42,558 nt of DNA from a virus (lineage: Duplodnaviria > Caudoviricetes), in the IMG/VR virus record IMGVR_UViG_3300030376_006202, positions 1 to 42,558 of that record; one strand, 5' to 3'. Below are positions 42,315-42,558 of the stretch, in pieces. The translations under genes and the position numbers were made by a program. Position 1 is the stretch's first letter. Each line of letters opens with the position of its first letter. Under the pieces are notes generated by a model. It did not search any database. It was not told the DNA's origin and saw only the letters and a program-made list of their open reading frames with translations.

Positions 42315-42558
42315 ATGACTAATCAAGAGCAAACATGTGACAAGTGCGGATGGAAAGAAACCTTCTTTGGTAGCTGCCCTAACTGTGAGCAGGAAGCAGC
42401 ATACTGGGACTCCCTGAACGACGGCAGTGAGCAGGAAGCGGAGTACTGGAATCAACTATCACGACTTCACGAAAGTTTCCGAGCAACGCGAAGGCATCTG
42501 ATACCCCTCGCAAAACTTTATCCAACGACCGTGGGAACCAAAAGCAACTTCCGACGGC
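42315..42558 (+). CDS. 5' part of a zinc-ribbon-containing early protein (runs off the window end)
   Basis: AAGGAG RBS; MTNQEQTCDKCGWKETFFGSCPNC (CxxC...CxxC); no stop before the end. Confidence 0.8.
   Translation, partial: MTNQEQTCDKCGWKETFFGSCPNCEQEAAYWDSLNDGSEQEAEYWNQLSRLHESFRATRRHLIPLAKLYPTTVGTKSNFRR

Noticed and set aside
1-42558. tRNA/tmRNA genes, integrase, alternative genetic code
   Set aside because: No T-arm consensus in intergenic gaps, no recombinase motifs seen, and standard-code ORFs tile the genome with coupled stops and starts

Overview
The window looks like a complete or near-complete ~42.6 kb tailed-phage (Caudoviricetes) genome of podovirus-type organisation, opened at an arbitrary point. 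An ORF starting at 42315 runs off the right end and continues in frame into the ORF at the left end. The + strand (about 40405 through the junction to 11604) carries small early genes and a recombination/replication module: DUF932-like protein, RHH regulator, Cas4-like nuclease, annealing protein, Hc1-like protein, SSB, DnaB-like helicase and RusA. The - strand (40054 to 11605) is one late operon: terminase, portal, scaffold, major capsid, two decoration-like proteins, tail adaptor/nozzle, three ejection-type proteins (up to 2516 aa), a lysis cassette and a cluster of very basic small proteins. I see no integrase, DNA polymerase, primase, RNA polymerase, tRNA or true CRISPR array. The most unusual content is non-coding. 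(1) A ~1.25 kb gene-free, hairpin-dense region (40648-41901) includes a ~440 nt domain closed by a long-range helix and a three-copy hairpin with a compensatory base change. (2) A CCGCAAG motif recurs in the early region and is complementary to a segment of that domain. (3) A tandem 29-nt RBS-sequestering repeat lies at 1352-1434. (4) A second, ~215 nt structured element lies upstream of the Hc1/ssb genes. All protein assignments are by eye from motifs and synteny, and all structures were paired by hand; no database search or folding program was run.
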